From Mobula hypostoma (Eukaryota): a DNA stretch of 62,514 bases. Shown here piece after piece: positions 61,931 to 62,514 of this stretch (the first letter of the stretch is position 1; every line of letters begins with the position of its first letter). Under the pieces are notes generated by a model. The model did not search any database and had not been told where the DNA came from. It saw nothing but the letters and a program-made list of their open reading frames with translations. Both the position numbers and the translations under genes were made by a program. The DNA lies in assembly GCF_963921235.1 (NCBI RefSeq), contig NC_086102.1, forward strand, positions 142,352,001 to 142,414,514, written 5' to 3'.

Positions 61931-62514
61931 CAGTGTTTAGAAGATCTGTTAATATGGTCCCGTTCACATGGCTCTAGAAGAATCTGCCCTCAGTGAGAAC
62001 CTGGTCCCATAGGTCACTGCCACCAAAAGTCTGCCAGTTGGTTTGGGTGGGAACTGCTGATAACGGGTGAGAAGCCTGCAACAGTAAAATTGTCTAATAG
62101 TCTCGGCCTCCACAAGCAAGACTCTTCCAGCTGTGCCTCTGCCTGCACACTAACACACAGTAAGCTCCATCTGTGATCTCAACACCTTTTATGCCACACT
62201 GCCAACACCATCTGTTGTATACCACTCTACCAAACATCCACAGGTCTCCCCACCATAGACCACTGCCACTGACAATCAGCATTTTCTTCCTCATCCAAGT
62301 TCCTACCTAACCCAGCCATGGTGATATCCACCCTAATGTGATGAGCATCAATACCAGCATCCACGGTGAGCCTCTCAGAATAAACAGACTCCGTAAAGCC
62401 CACCCCTGCAACTGCGAGCACTCTGCATCTATTGACGTGCATTTTATGCCTTTTAATTATCTCCATGTAATGCCCAAGGTTTTAGGAAGTGCAGAGTCTC
62501 TTTGATTTAAATGC

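Noticed and set aside
59098-61967. Annotating the long repeat ORFs as a mucin-like CDS
   Set aside because: Unit lengths are not multiples of three, there is no codon-position bias, signal peptide or splice evidence. Kept only as a hypothesis in findings.

Overview
This is eukaryotic, transposon-saturated non-coding DNA. The mix of CR1, Penelope, Rex1/Babar and V-type SINE repeats suggests a cartilaginous fish, probably a ray (inference). I found no host protein-coding exon, rRNA, tRNA gene or CRISPR array. The window is a stack of nested mobile elements: many CR1 LINEs (one full-length, one with near-complete ORF2), five Penelope-like element (PLE) copies each ending in a minimal hammerhead ribozyme motif, a complete two-LTR Ty3/Gypsy element (21110-25787), a degraded chromodomain-bearing Gypsy, a solo LTR, Rex1/Babar, Tx1 and RTE fragments, SINEs, and hAT, Tc1 and piggyBac remnants. 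It ends in a 2.8-kb minisatellite built from three unit types, which has a duplicated 22-unit block and is stop-free in all three minus-strand frames. I did not find evidence for a new biological system. The best leads are the PLE hammerheads (an established class), the minisatellite, an in-frame Rex1-Penelope RT chimera and several rearrangement scars. Family calls come from motif recognition by eye, not database searches. Boundaries without a target-site duplication (TSD) are approximate.
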